A program made the translations under genes and the position numbers. A stretch of DNA of 60,732 nt, the filler included, from Sphacelaria rigidula (taxonomy: Eukaryota): the NCBI GenBank assembly GCA_964200075.2. It is 7 parts of 7 records of this genome, joined end to end, with 100 filler letters (N's around TTAATTAATTAA, not from the genome) between each part and the next. Parts side by side here need not be neighbours in the genome. Positions count along the whole stretch, not along the records: positions 8,692 to 17,282 come from CAXNAA020010666.1; positions 17,383 to 25,972 come from CAXNAA020010667.1; 5 more parts are not named here. One strand, given 5' to 3'. Below the pieces are notes generated by a model that ran no database searches, was not told the DNA's origin, and saw only the letters and a program-made list of their open reading frames with translations. Numbering within the stretch: position 1 is the first letter of the stretch; each line of letters begins with the position of its first letter. Shown one piece after another: positions 10,235 through 23,400 of the stretch.

Positions 10235-12590
10235 GTGAGTCTTGCGCCATAATCGGAGGGAGATGGCGGAGGAGAGGGAGAGGCTGTACCGAATATAACT
10301 TTGTTCTTCAAACATTGCCTAGGCCACTCGGTCGTCGAGTAATCTCTTGGAATTGCGGATGGTGGCGGCCAGAACAACCAACAATTCTGCTCGTTAAAAA
10401 GGCAAGATGGGTATGGCATTCATCTGCACTACCAGAACCTCTCCTGAAACGGAAAGGAAGTGAAGCACACTTTTCGTCATGTACCATTGCTTCATAGGGT
10501 ACATCCTATTCATTATCAGCGTAGTATCTCTCCGCTGCATACTGGAATCAAATCAATCGAGTCCGCTCATTCCATACTAAATCCAAATAAAATTTATCCT
10601 TTTCGCAACATTATTCACAACAGACGCTCTTGTTGTGTCCGACGCCCCCTTCCCGTCCGTGCTCTTCCTTTCACATCCTTTCACATGAGAACATATGTAG
10701 AACCACCTACCCAACTATGTAGCACCACCTTTTCATCGCCACACGGGTGAATCACTCACCCCCACGGCTTTCTTCTGGGATTCTATTTCGGGGAGGGGGG
10801 GAACAGGGGGTAGAGCAGGAAAACAAATCCATGCCACGCGAAAAAATAACTCCTTCGTTACTGTTGTTCGCAAGCTCTTCATGTGTGAGGACTTGCCAGA
10901 GAAACGCACTGCTACACTGCGCACGCGAAACCCCAGACTATTGATGACCTGCGCAAGAAAGGTGATCGTTTGTAGAGCCCAACACGGTGCAATACACAGT
11001 ACAACACCCACACCCACGATTCTCTGTAGGGGAAGGGCAGAAAGAACAAACCCCCCTTTCGCTTGGGGTTAAGGCAAGACCGTGCCAGGGAAACAACCGT
11101 TATACACCCATTCCTTACAGTACAGTTGTGCATAGTGTTCATGTTTACTGTTGCATCTGAGCGGTATACGAAGAGAAATATCGAGTCGTTTACCGGAATC
11201 TCTCCACACATACCCCAGAGCGGGAGAAATTTTGAGAAAAACATGTGGCTCGCCGGAGCACCGTATGCACTAAACACAGGGCACCTAACCGTGGTGACTT
11301 GATTCATACCTCTACACTTTCAATCGGAGCTACCACATACAACCCACAGTACAGTGCAGTCGTACAAAAGGACAGCAAGATGATGTTGTCCCCTCTCTCA
11401 TCGCTCACACTTCTTATTCGGTGGCTGACTTCGTTTGTTTCTGTGACTACCAATTGCCAGCTCGAAAACATAAATTGCTCTGTGTTGATCTTTTGAGAGC
11501 TAGAAATTCTATGCTCGCTTACTTCCCATCCATGTATAGTGCACGCCTACACATCATGAAGGAAAAAGAGCTACCGCTTTGTGAACAGACACGGTGAAAT
11601 TCAAACTAACGCGGAACGTAATATCGTTACGCTGCATTCCACAAAGAGGGTACCACTTTCTGTTTTGAGCGCACATACGCCTCAGCGGAATTATTTTTAG
11701 AAACATTTGTATATATGTATTGCTGAGGCATGTTTGTTTTCGATGACTCTGCGTGTTTGCTCGGGATTGGGTCCTCAAGGGTCAGTCATGTGATTCAGTC
11801 ACGCGCATCGAGATGTAGATACTGTAGCACTCCAGTACGGCAGTACGTCCATGTACAGTCGCTGTTGCACTACAGTATCGTAGTAGTTATCTGTACAGTC
11901 TAAGTTGTGACTTATACTTGCCTTCATGTCCAGCTTCCAACAACACGGCACGATGACGGAGAAATGGTTCGTTCTGACGGGTTCATTCCGACGGAAATTT
12001 CCCGACGCCATTTGCGCCCTCCATTTCGAAGCTTTCATTTCACACCATTCCAGATATTACAATTTGAAAATACCTACCCGACCCACATTTTAACGCTATG
12101 TCCGCGACAGACCACTGCACAGCTATGCTGCGTTGTACCTCGACACCGCCATATTCGCCGCGCCATCTCTAAAGCACTCACCCTCTGTTTGAAAGAGCAT
12201 GGAGCACATGTCACCCGCGGGGCGAGTTTTCTGTATTTCGGCATAATGTTTCACTTGAAAAATGAGTACAAGACCCACGTGACCCACCCTGGCGGTCAAA
12301 AGGGTAAATTTTAGAGCTAGCGGCAGAGAGGGGTCACGCTCTCCGGAGGTTTGATGGAATCTGATTTTTTTATATCCATGGACAAAAGGAAGGAACGCAG
12401 CGGGGGAAGGGGGAAGAGAAAGAGACACTGCACTGTATTGTACAGCATTATACTTTCCTGTGTGTTTTAGTCGGGCTTCCGTCTATTTACGTTGTCACGT
12501 GTGTACCGTCCTGTCTATGCGACATGGCCCATTTCTGCTGAAGAGACGCCACGGCGATCATGGCAGTACCGATAGACGCAACGCGATTAA

Positions 12591-12689
12591 CCCTTAGCCG
12601 GCGATGCGGGTAGTCCATCTGGATCACCTATAAGTTTTCAAGCGAAATTGATGCCGATCCAGCAGGTGACGTACCCTCGCCGTCAAAGG
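12591..12689. mobile_element. Short piggyBac-like MITE
   Basis: Starts TTAA-CCCTT; aligns with 60150-60254 (tgcgggtagtccatctggatca...ttgatgccgat...caggtga..taccctc...gtcaaagg). Confidence 0.65.
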
Positions 12690-12781
12690 TGCGACCAACA
12701 GAAAAACATAATGCAGTCGCCATGATGGTGCTACTGCGGTACACACCACGCTCTGTACCTGGGGATCTCTGTGCCGCCTGG

Positions 12782-13163
12782 TGTGTGTGTTGTGTGTGTT
12801 GTCGTCCCATTTATTCTGGGCGCCAGTCTACCCCTTTCGGGATATGTGGGCGCATCAGCCGGGGTCACAGGAGGAAGGTCAACACAGGAGGAAGGTCAAC
12901 ACAGGAGATTTTTCTTTTTTATTTGTCTTTAGTACCCCACCCCTTCTGCGGTGCTTGCCTTTTATGTTTTGTCGCGAGAGGGGTTCAGCAGTCCCTTTCC
13001 TTCGTCGACCGTTAAGTCGAATATTTGTGTACCCACGACGTAGTCGCTCTCCACTGGTGGGCATGGTGTAAAAACAAATCCCAGATCGCTCCAGGGATCG
13101 AACCCCACAACTCAACCATCAGAGGGTCTCGAAGCTACCAACTGAGCCACCGGGGCTACCGGC
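12782..13163 (-). mobile_element. tRNA-derived SINE, full length, with (CA)n-type tail
   Basis: Minus strand starts gccggtagccccggTGGCTCAGTTGG (A box) ... GGTTCGATCCC (B box); body shared with 29125-29316 and 42614-42790; ends in a CA-rich repeat. Confidence 0.85.
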
Positions 13164-13358
13164 CGGGTACAACACACAAGGCGGCAGCTCTTTTCCCCTC
13201 ATGATTTGTTGGCGTGCACTAAACATGGAAGGGGACAAGTAAGCGAGCAACTCTGAGATTTGAAGCAATCAATACAGATCACTTCTTATTTTCGAGCTGG
13301 CACTTGGAAGGCACGCATACGAACGGAAATCGGCCACGCGACGGGTAGTGACAGATAA

Positions 13359-14191
13359 GGGCCCTTCTCGAAAGGGATTTACTCCTTTTTCAAAATCTCC
13401 TTTTGACAGGGGATTTGCCCCGTAATGGCCAGTTCTGAGTCCGATCGAGAAGCAGATTTGTACAGACCGAACCCCAGGTCTGCACGCAGGTTCAAAAATG
13501 TGGCGGGTCTGGAACTGGTCGTTAGTCCAAGGCCTCGCTGATGCTACAGACAAAACGCAACAAGGCAAATCAACACTTGCACACCCAGCCCCGGAAATAC
13601 ACGCACAGACACCCACCACTCACGCGCATTACTTTTAACGCTAGCCCTCGCTAATCTACACACGGCAATCTCTGACGGAAATTCGTTCTGTATTGGACGA
13701 ATGGCGGCCGCATGCGTGTCAAAAACAACCGAAAACGTGTCGCTGCTCACCGTTTGTAAGCGTGCGCTGCGCGTGCGTTTCACACAAGTAATCATTTCTC
13801 AATGATTTCTGAACAGATTTGATCAGGGTCACGCACAACGTGCGCAGCTGATGAGTAGGTACGACTCGAGCCGTGTATTTTTGGTTTGTGGGGGCATCAA
13901 GTTCCTCAGGTTCAGCTCTGATTGTGTTGGGTTGTGTGGTGAGCGTTTCCATGTGCCCTTATTAACCGGACATGTATGTTCCCCTTCGAGGTGTCCGAAA
14001 ATCCTCTATTGAAAAGGAGATTTCAGAATTTCTTTTTGCACTGCCTGAAATCCCCCCCAAACCGGGGATTTCTGTGCACGTTTGACGATTTTGTTTTGGG
14101 GGGAGATGGTATCGCAGCGACCGATTAGCGATCGTTTTAAAGGAAGAAGATTTTTTTTTTAAAGTGAAATCCCCTTCGATAAAAAGAGCCC
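13359..14191. mobile_element. Non-autonomous DNA transposon, PIF/Harbinger-like
   Basis: TIRs gggcccttctcgaaagggattt / aaatccccttcgataaaaagagccc; flanks taa/tga; same terminal ~100 bp in reverse at 50455-50556, followed by taa. Confidence 0.65.
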
Positions 14192-14279
14192 TGAGGAGTA
14201 CAGCAGCATGTTACTGTACTTCTGTTCTTTGCGTTGGTTGTGCTGGCTCTGCATTGAAAGTGTGATCCAAGTCATCACG

Positions 14280-14702
14280 GTCGGGCTGGTCATGCGGCAC
14301 TGGCCAGCCACAAGTGTTTTTGTTATAATCCTAGGATATACAGATGTCGATGATGCACGCGGGTGCACATCTAATCTTTCTGCTTCGTGGTCGTAAGGGT
14401 AGAGTTCACTCCTTGGTGTGGTAGTTGCGCCGACTTGCATATATTGTGGACACTAATATCTGGGACTTGAATAGGGGCTGCGCTCCCAGCTTGAGCAGAA
14501 CGCGCTCACGTCTAAATGAGGTCTTCCAAGGCACAGCTTGCCTAGCAAACACTCCAACACTTCGCACCGATTGACGAAGAGCAACAGAGCCTGCCGGTAG
14601 AGTAGTGGAACCAGTTCCACAGGACATCCGTGCAGACCCGCCGGTCCAACCAACACCACTTTTGAATGAATCCGCACACAGCATAGCCGGCTGATAGCGC
14701 AC
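14280..14702 (-). pseudogene. Possible piggyBac-like DDD transposase relic
   Basis: Ordered decayed motifs 'CADSF', 'LVSTIY' and 'PACI...DYNKNTCG...HDQ' resemble piggyBac (D)..LST..YNxxMGGVDxxDQ; a GGG-TTAA end lies upstream at 15582-15588. Confidence 0.35.
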
Positions 14703-15588
14703 GCCACGGCACGCACCCCCTCAATGCCACAGCTCACACGCACATATACACTGACGAACCACCGCTAGCGGCAAAAATCAATAGATCATGCAGCGGAAAG
14801 ATCAAGCCCACCGCTCCTACTCGACAAACGCACACACGATAAGTATTGACCCTGATATCCTCCTCGGAGGAAAAACAAAATATGTACTTGTTCTGTGTCA
14901 TAAGTCTGGAAACCTATCTTAGTACGAGCCCTTAACGGAGTCCGATTTGGTTTTTAATTTTTCTATTGCATTCGCTGGCGTTTTTTGAGCTATCAACAAC
15001 ACTCTTTCTACAACGTGGGTGCTCGACGCGTGCAGTCTCGCAGTCGAGAAAAAGTAGGTCGGCCAAAAAACGGCAATTTTTCTCGTTTTTTCCCAGTTAG
15101 CATGGCGGATCCGGGAACACGAAAAATCGCGAAAAACCGTGAAAAAATCGTGTAAATCGCAAAAGAACCAGTGATTTTAGATATCCCCGTGACGTGAACC
15201 TACACACGCCCCATCAAACACATTTTCAACTTGTAATCGCGAGTGTTTGACGTGAAAATGTCCAAAATTGGTCAATATTGGGGTATGCGTGGACCAGAAA
15301 TGGGCCAAAATGAGCATATTTTGACATCATTTTAGTATGGATCACTAACTTTTTTTCATTTTTTTGTTCTTGCATCAGCTTCGTCGGCGTCTCATCTTTC
15401 CAACAAACCCAACTATAGGATGATCGGAAGGGTTTGAATGCGCAAACGATTAAACGTCCATAAATGCCCAGAATTTTGAAACAGAGGAAGTATACTCGTG
15501 ATATTATTTTCGCGCCAACTAAAGGACGGAGCGTGTTCGCTATTTTTTGCGTTGTGTGTGTCGAGTCCGAATGCACCCACTGGGTTAA

Positions 15589-15706
15589 CCCTTTGGGACC
15601 CCATCGACTATTTTTGTTTGTGTGAATCGGCATCATTTTCAGTCATTTCCAAGTCAAAATGATGCCGATTCACACAAACAAAAATCGTCAATGGGGTCCA
15701 AAAGGG
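15589..15706. mobile_element. Palindromic piggyBac-type MITE with TTAA target-site duplication
   Basis: TTAA ccctttgggacccc...tgaatcggcatcatttt / aaaatgatgccgattca...ggggtccaaaaggg TTAA. Confidence 0.9.
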
Positions 15707-17039
15707 TTAATAACCCTTTCCAGGGCACGTCCCGCGCTCAGCGGAAAAAATCGGACAATGGCCTATTTCTTCTGCAGATTTTGAGTGTCGGCTTGAAGAG
15801 CACTTGAAAAAATGGAGCAACCCCGGAATGTCTCAGTGTTGTGGAAGTGTATGTGGCGCCTGAATCGGAAGAGCGTTACCTTAACGCACGAGTTCTCCAT
15901 GTCATGGGTGTAGTCTGAAATCAAATGTATCCCAAGAAACGAAGGAAAGGGGGCGATGGTCCGTAAAATGTCGCCGAACAGCCCGGACACGTCTCGGAGG
16001 ATAGCAACCCTCCCGCGTTCAGCACCTCTAACGCTCATCATGTCAGCCGTGGGGCTGGAAGCCCTTATTTGCTGATGTTTTGTACTTATCAATTATGGTT
16101 GACCTCGTTTATGCTTTTCGCAATTTTGTTCAAAGACACCACTAGTGTATATTAATAATAATAAGAATAATACCAATGCCGACACACAAGAGGTCCAACA
16201 CACTGATATTTCGAAAAATAAAAGACGAAACTGTCAAGTGTACGAATTGCGGTACGTCTGCTCGGGGATCAACCTCTTCCGATCGCTGGATGATGACGAC
16301 TTGTGACAATTAAAAAAATCTACCGTAAGTAACGACGGAAACGATCGGGTACGTAATACCCCTCCCCCCCCCCCTGGATATGTTTTCGAGTCCAAGAAAG
16401 TTATCACCCGGGGAGTCGTGTACGCCGGCATGCCTCAGCTGTTGGACTGTGTGTTGTTCACCACGTGCCCTTGAGGGGACAGAGGGAAGGTTTCAATGTC
16501 ACTGGCGGTCATCAAGACTTATGTCGTAGTTTCGTCAGGGCTGGCAATGCGATTCAGTAAGTACCGGTTAGTGCGCGTATTTTTCACTTCATGTCCGCCG
16601 CTTGGCCTTTAAGTAACGCCTCAAACGATGGAACCATATATTTCGGGCAGACAATGTGTAACAAAAAGTTGATTCTTCTTGGCCACTACTTCGCCCTGGA
16701 AAAATGATCGTTCCTCGTATATTCTTGATGAACTTGGAAAGAGTGACGGGAAACAGCGGAGGAGTACGACAGCGAAGCAAAACAGTCGAACACCCTTCAG
16801 GGCACGTGCGTTGTTGAAAGCTTGATGAAGCTATATTTGCTGTAAGTAAACTTTCTACTGTGAATGATGGGCATGTAGTTTGTCCATCTCCGAGCTGCTT
16901 CTTCTGTTTAGTTTTTCTTTCATTATCCAGTCATCCTATTGTAAATGTTACTTTTTTTGTACCTTGAGTGCGTCTCCGTCGTATGATCACTGCTGGTGTT
17001 CGTAGCGGAACCGTTTCATGTGGAATGAACCGTTGCTGT

Positions 17040-17282
17040 TATTAAAATTATATTTGTTATTATTACTATCCTATTTATTTATTATTATCATTGTTGTGAT
17101 TACTACTATTATTACTATTATTATTACTACTATTATTACTATTATTATTACTACTATTATTACTATAATTATTACTATAATTATTACTATTATTATTACT
17201 ATTATTATTACTATTATTATTACTATTATTATTACTATTATTATTACTATTATTATTACTATTATTATTACTATTATTATTA
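17040..17282. repeat. (TTA/CTA)n microsatellite running into contig end
   Basis: Direct observation. Confidence 0.95.
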
Positions 17283-17382
17283 NNNNNNNNNNNNNNNNNN
17301 NNNNNNNNNNNNNNNNNNNNNNNNNNTTAATTAATTAANNNNNNNNNNNNNNNNNNNNNNNNNNNNNNNNNNNNNNNNNNNN
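17283..17382. other. Artificial contig linker
   Basis: Identical 100-nt N/TTAATTAATTAA/N spacer. Confidence 0.99.
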
Positions 17383-17412
17383 CAACAAAAACAACAACAA
17401 CAACAACAACAA
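17383..17412. repeat. (CAA)n microsatellite at contig start
   Basis: Direct observation. Confidence 0.9.
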
Positions 17413-20400
17413 TCATGAGTGGAAATTAGACGACGCCAAACTCCACATCACCGAAACATTACGGCTTCGGGTATAATTCGACCCCGTTGGAACCGTTTAA
17501 ATCCGTTTTTCCCGTTAGATTCTTGAGGTGATGACGGGCACCACGATTGGAAGCATGTGGGGATCCGGTGGAAATTAGGCTTGGAATTCGTATTTTCAAT
17601 TTCGGAACAGTTTGAAAGGCGCTGATTGGTGGAGGCACATTTTTGTCCATAGCGCCACCGCTATAGCCTTTAAAAACAATCCAGCTATGTCACCCTGTTT
17701 GTCTGTTCATTGCGGTCGGTATGATACTTTGTATGCAACTTTTGGGTGCGTATTGCAGAAGGCATTTGCTGATGACAGAATTTGGTTTTTTTCCCGTGAA
17801 CCAGCCTGTACGCAAATAAGAGAGCTGATTCTCTTTGTCGCTTAGTGTGAGGGGTTGTGGATTATGAGGGTATAGGCTCTGGCACAAAAGCAAAAGGAAG
17901 GACGAAAGATTACCACAATTCCTGTGCCGACGGGGCTCTTGGCACAACTCAAACGCCCCTACAAAACGTGAAAACGTGATCTTGAATCGGAACATATTCG
18001 TGGTACTGGCTGAATATTTATTTTTTGTCATTCCCGTACTTTCCGCATTTCTCAACTATCCGTATTTTGTTTTTCGTAGATATTCTGGTAGGATTGATCG
18101 TGGCAGTTGGTGATTTGTTTGGCAAGGAAACCATTCGGAGTTTGGATTTTGCGAATGACCGCAAGTGCATTATGAGCGCTGGTCGAGAGTATGGATGATA
18201 ACCAATATCCTCGAAGTCAATCATGCGCAGCAGTAGCGCGCAGTCAGTGCGGCCCATTTTCCATAACAGTCACCATCGATAGCGTAGCTTTGTATCTAAT
18301 CTCACCGGCAAGTATGGACAAACTCTGAACTGAAGGAGAAAAGAAAGCCACAGAGCAAGCTGGCGTTCAAGAAGAGAGAACAGTATCCGCAATGGCAACA
18401 CACTCCAACAGCCGCTATAGACATGACCATGAGTCGCACGAACGAAAGCAAGAATCGTCTTTGCGACCTTGCAGCAGCGATTCGAACAAAATATAATACC
18501 AAACCTAACCTCAACCACAACAAGGGCATACCGAGAACCCTCGGGCAAGGCGGGTGCAACGTGCTTCGTAAGCAAAGCCGTGCGTTGCCAGACCTCAGAT
18601 CGGTGCCCTATGCGCCGATTCAGACAAAAACGCGTTGTGGGCACGCTAGGGGCATGCTAGGAGCACAGCTTCCATGAAAAGATCCTGAATTCGGTGTTCA
18701 TACTAAAATCAAGACGGACCAACTTACCGTCCCGAATGGTCAGCTGTACTGCGTCAAGACGACACAAAAGACAGCATGAAGTCGTCGGCCCACTTTTGCT
18801 GAAGCTACATGGCACCGAAGCCCCATTCATGTCTTTCAGTGCACCAACCCCTTCTGAAACACGCGTCTGTTGTATCGGCAGTGGTGGGTGACGGCCGACG
18901 GTTTGTTTTCATCCCCTCTCGGAACACGACATCTTAGGAGTCTGATGAAAACCATGCATATTCATGAAATGAAAAGGCATACCCACGGAACAACGAATAC
19001 ACTTGCACAGGGCGAATCATTCATCCGCTGAAGTTGTAGAACGATGAGATCTGATTAATCAAACTCCTCAAAACATGAAGAGGAAGTCGACCAACATCCG
19101 CCCAGCATACATGACACACCCGGCGACTGTACTCCACTCGTCTGTGTAAGGGCCGTCCTCGTTGAAGTTCATCAGTGCATATGGTTCTGTCGCATATTGA
19201 GCATATGATTTTGCCCCAATTTCGATCCGCGTTCCCAAAAATAAATGGTTCAGCGTTCCGGTTTCACTTACCGGCGTTGGGCTACAAATGTTCATGGTTG
19301 ATATTACTTGGTGTGAGTGTGTACAACGAGAATCGGAATTTAAGTAGGACTGACATTCCCGTGGGCTCTTCGTGTGAGCAGAACGTGCTTTCGTTGAAAT
19401 CGGCGCCACAGGCGCAGATTTGGGGTTTACCAACGCCTCACTTTGTTTAGAGAATGTATGTACTACCCTTGCCCGAGGGTTCTCGGTGTGCGTTGGGTTG
19501 GGTCAATCCAACTAGCCTCCTGGCATTCCAGGAGCGTATCGCAAGCGCGGACGAAAAGCGACGCAGTGGCATGCAATATATGAGGAATAACAACGGAGGT
19601 AACGGTAGGGTTCTCTATATGAGCTTTGGATCCATGTCGTTTTTTTCCGATGACGTGAGGCATATTTCACCCGAGCCTGGATAAGCCCCAAAAGTCCGTC
19701 TGTTCGTGTCTTGTCGTGAGTTTGGTCGGCGACGCTTTTTTTACCCATTCCACCATATCAGTCACGGTACAGCAGTACAGCAGTGCAGCACAGTACAGCG
19801 CAGTCCCATTAACGATATGCTAATCTGTATGCCGACATGTATCACCCATTGATGGAATTTCCAGCATCGCGTCGGGGCGGCAGCGAACGTTGTTGGTGAT
19901 GGTGAGTCGAAAATTATCACGGACGACAATAAGCGTGTCTCCGTAAGGTGTGAAATGAAATCACCCAATTCTGTATAGTCGTTTTGTCCACATATGTAGG
20001 TGGACGATATTTCAGGGCGTGTCGTCTTACTGACTATCATGTTGGGTTTTGCAACATACGCTCCAAGCTTTCTGAGGGATTCACTCAATCACAATCCCCC
20101 AAAGTAGACGACTTCCTGTGCATATTTCTCCACGATGGTATAATATTGCACTACATGCGATCTCACGTACGACAACGCGTACAAAAACTGGGTGGAATTC
20201 AAGCCATGGTAGCTGTTGTGTCGACAGTATTTGCTCACATATTGCTAAAACCGAGGTACGTGGCGTAATGTGTCGTCCAACATATATTGGTTTCGTTGGC
20301 GCTTTTCAGGCAACGATTCTTATTATGTTGAACCGGTAATGTTCAGATGATGAAGGGAATCTACGATACTTGTCTTGTCAAGTGGGTCATTTTCATCATG

Positions 20401-23400
20401 ACAGGTTTCATAGAAAGAGTTCGCTAAAGCCGCTGCGTAGTAATTACCTAAGGTGATCACGCGCCAGCGGTATTTATGTGCTCATCAGTGTGCGCACGGT
20501 ACGTGGCGATTTCTGTCCCCAACCCCTCGCTGGCAGCCATGGCTTTAGGGGGCACGGAGGTGTAGTAAAGTGAATTCTGTCATTGCCTCATCACTCAGTC
20601 GTTGCGCCGGTGCCGTTCCTGATGTACTACCCGCTTGTGGTGTGTGGCGGCAAGAGCTCAGGAGGGTCGGAGACTAGGCGATGCACTTCAAGACTTGGGT
20701 CGAGAAAGGAGAATTGTGCTTTTGTCTCGCCATCCAACCTTTCCCATTCCTCGGGAAGATCGAGACGAGTCAGTGGTGTTAGAGGAACGAGGCGTTTCCC
20801 CCCAAGTACGTACGGGGATCGCAAATTGGATACTGGGATCCACTCATTTGCACCACTGAATATGTGAGCTGCGGCTTTCACGGTCTGAAGTGCAGAGAGG
20901 CATAAGTCACTGGGAGGAGTTTCTAGAGAGTGGAACGGACCAAACCGTAGGAATTTGGTCTCTGCCGGCTTGGTCACTCGTCCACCGCAGAACTGATGAG
21001 TTCGATACCAACCAAAGAAAAAAACAAGAACATATGGCTGTACACCCTGCTAACGCGGTGGGTTGTACAAGAGCCATAGATCCCATGGAGACGGTACAAC
21101 GTGAATGCTCGATTGGATGCCTTCATTTGCTTAATCCTACATCTTGGCCACAGACAGTACAAGGATACATTAACAAGGGAGCTCAGAATATAGCACCCGT
21201 CAGCTTCAAGGAATGCTCAACTGTACACTACGGCAGTGCTACCACTCCACTTGAAAATATTGGCATAGTCCTACGCAGGTTTCGTACCCTATCTGCTTCT
21301 ATGCGTGTTTATTCAGGGTTCATTCCATAACCATCGGGGTCACAATTAACTCACTCACAACGCGAGCGTGATTACTTCGCTACAGTGCAGGTCGGGCATG
21401 GGCATGCCAAGAAGCCATGGTCTCCCGCCGTAGGGCACCAAAGGTTTCAAATACCGCGGAAAGCACAATAACTTGATTTGACCACGAATTTACCGCGTGT
21501 CTTGTACCACAGTGATGCTGCGATATTCATCTCCTGCACCGCACAACACTTTACGCCACACTGTCAAAACATCAGTTGTTACTCCATGCTGTGGTTTCAA
21601 TTCCCATTTTGGTCAACACTACTCCAGTCTGCTAATGACCTTTTCCATATCTCCGTGTTACAACGTTCCACTTTTTCAACGCGTGGACAGGCCCAATGCG
21701 GCGGTCTCAAGTGCACATGCGCGTCCACACCAAATTCGGTCATGGATGAGGCGGTGAGCAGATACGGGCAATGACGGACCGGCGTGGAATGTAGTGGTAT
21801 GGCTACCAAAGTACTCGATGATACTGTTCTTTTGGCATGTGTCGACATGGAGCAGTGCGCTGTGTTGAGTTGGCAGAGATGTGAAGCATGTCTTTCAGTT
21901 GCAAATGCTGCCATTATCGACACGCATGAAGCAAAAGAGGGTCGCGCAGGATGAGATTGGCTTTGGAGTCCATCCGCTCTTGCAGTTGTCGGGATTGATG
22001 CCCCCCGGTGTGCATGATGTGGCTGCATGTGTTTTCGGTCGACTTTACCTGTGTGTCTTGTCAATTTTGTCAACTTCGTAGGTAGGATTGTTGGCCTACC
22101 GGGGCTTAGCATGCCCGCCCTTCCGTTGCGAGGATATCGGAGTATGGGTATGCAAGTATGTTATCGTCTATGAAGTTTCTGTTCACTATTGGCGCACCAC
22201 ACGTGTGCAGAAAATGATGTTACGAGATACATCACGCATGTACTCACCAACCCCCACAAGTTCATGATATACCTGCACAGGACTCACGGACGGGTTGATG
22301 GAAGAAGAGCACCAAGAGCCCCTCGAATACGATCCATTTTCAAGATCTTTACCAGGATCTTTGAAGGTCACTTGAAGTACCACGAAAACGCCGAGTCGAA
22401 ATCACAACACGCCGCAGAGTCAGAGAATGCTGTAGCAATCAGACATGACATCCTTATTACATGTTTGTATCGTGTTCGGGTCTACCCATTCCAGCATTTT
22501 ACTCAAATTCAGTCACAAAACTACTCCTGTCTCAGCAACACCGAGGGCACACAAGCCCCCTCTCCCTTCCTGTGCGCCGCACAGTACTACATTCGAAGAT
22601 TGGGTATTCGTACAGTCCGGCCACCCGGAGGCAAGAGGAGGTATTAACCAGCCATAGGAGAAACGGTCAATATCTATGCTGGTTGGTATTATTTATAAAG
22701 TGTACCACACATCCAGCATAATAACGACAACGCCCACGACCAACATGGTAGGTGCAGTAGTACTAATGACAACTACAATTGGGAATTGGTCTGTCCCAGT
22801 TGCTGTGGGGCATGTGACGCACAGCAGGGTGAGTAATCAAGTCTTTTTGTTCCTATTTTTCCTTTTTTATAGTATTGATTTACTGAACCTTTCAGCGGCG
22901 GGCCTCGTTTCGGAATAATATTTCGGCTGATAGTCTCCCGGGATATGTGGAACCATATACTTCAGATTTCAACAACGTACAGTGCAGATAGTACGATGCT
23001 GTTCTGCCTGCGTTGGATGTCGAAATGATTATTTGTTTCCTGTCACAGCACTCCAGCGGTCTGCCGACTATAGCTACCGCTACCGTCGTGCATGCGGCGG
23101 CGCAAAAGAGATGAGGAGTGATATCGACCCCAGCAATTGCTTGCCTGAGTTTTTCTCGGGCGACGTGTTGTGGAACGAAACGTCGACGGCGACCCACTGA
23201 GGGGCGCCTTTGCAGAATACAGGATACGACATGGCTTGGTGTTCTTCGTTATCGCTCTCATCTACTCCAAGTTGCGCTGGGGACTGTCACCAAGCACTCG
23301 CCCACGAGCCTGCGGGTGCACTGCCATCAGTCAGGGTCAACTGGGCAAATGTGAAGCTGGATGCACGTGACGGATCTGTGCTCGATTCCTGCTCAACCGC

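Noticed and set aside
13085..13163. tRNA gene
   Set aside because: A and B boxes are present but there is no convincing acceptor or anticodon stem; it continues into a multi-copy body, so it is called a SINE head.
17018..17338. Ile/Thr-rich ORF (also 9762-10160 and the VC/HT-repeat ORFs at 54675-55410)
   Set aside because: Translations of microsatellites.
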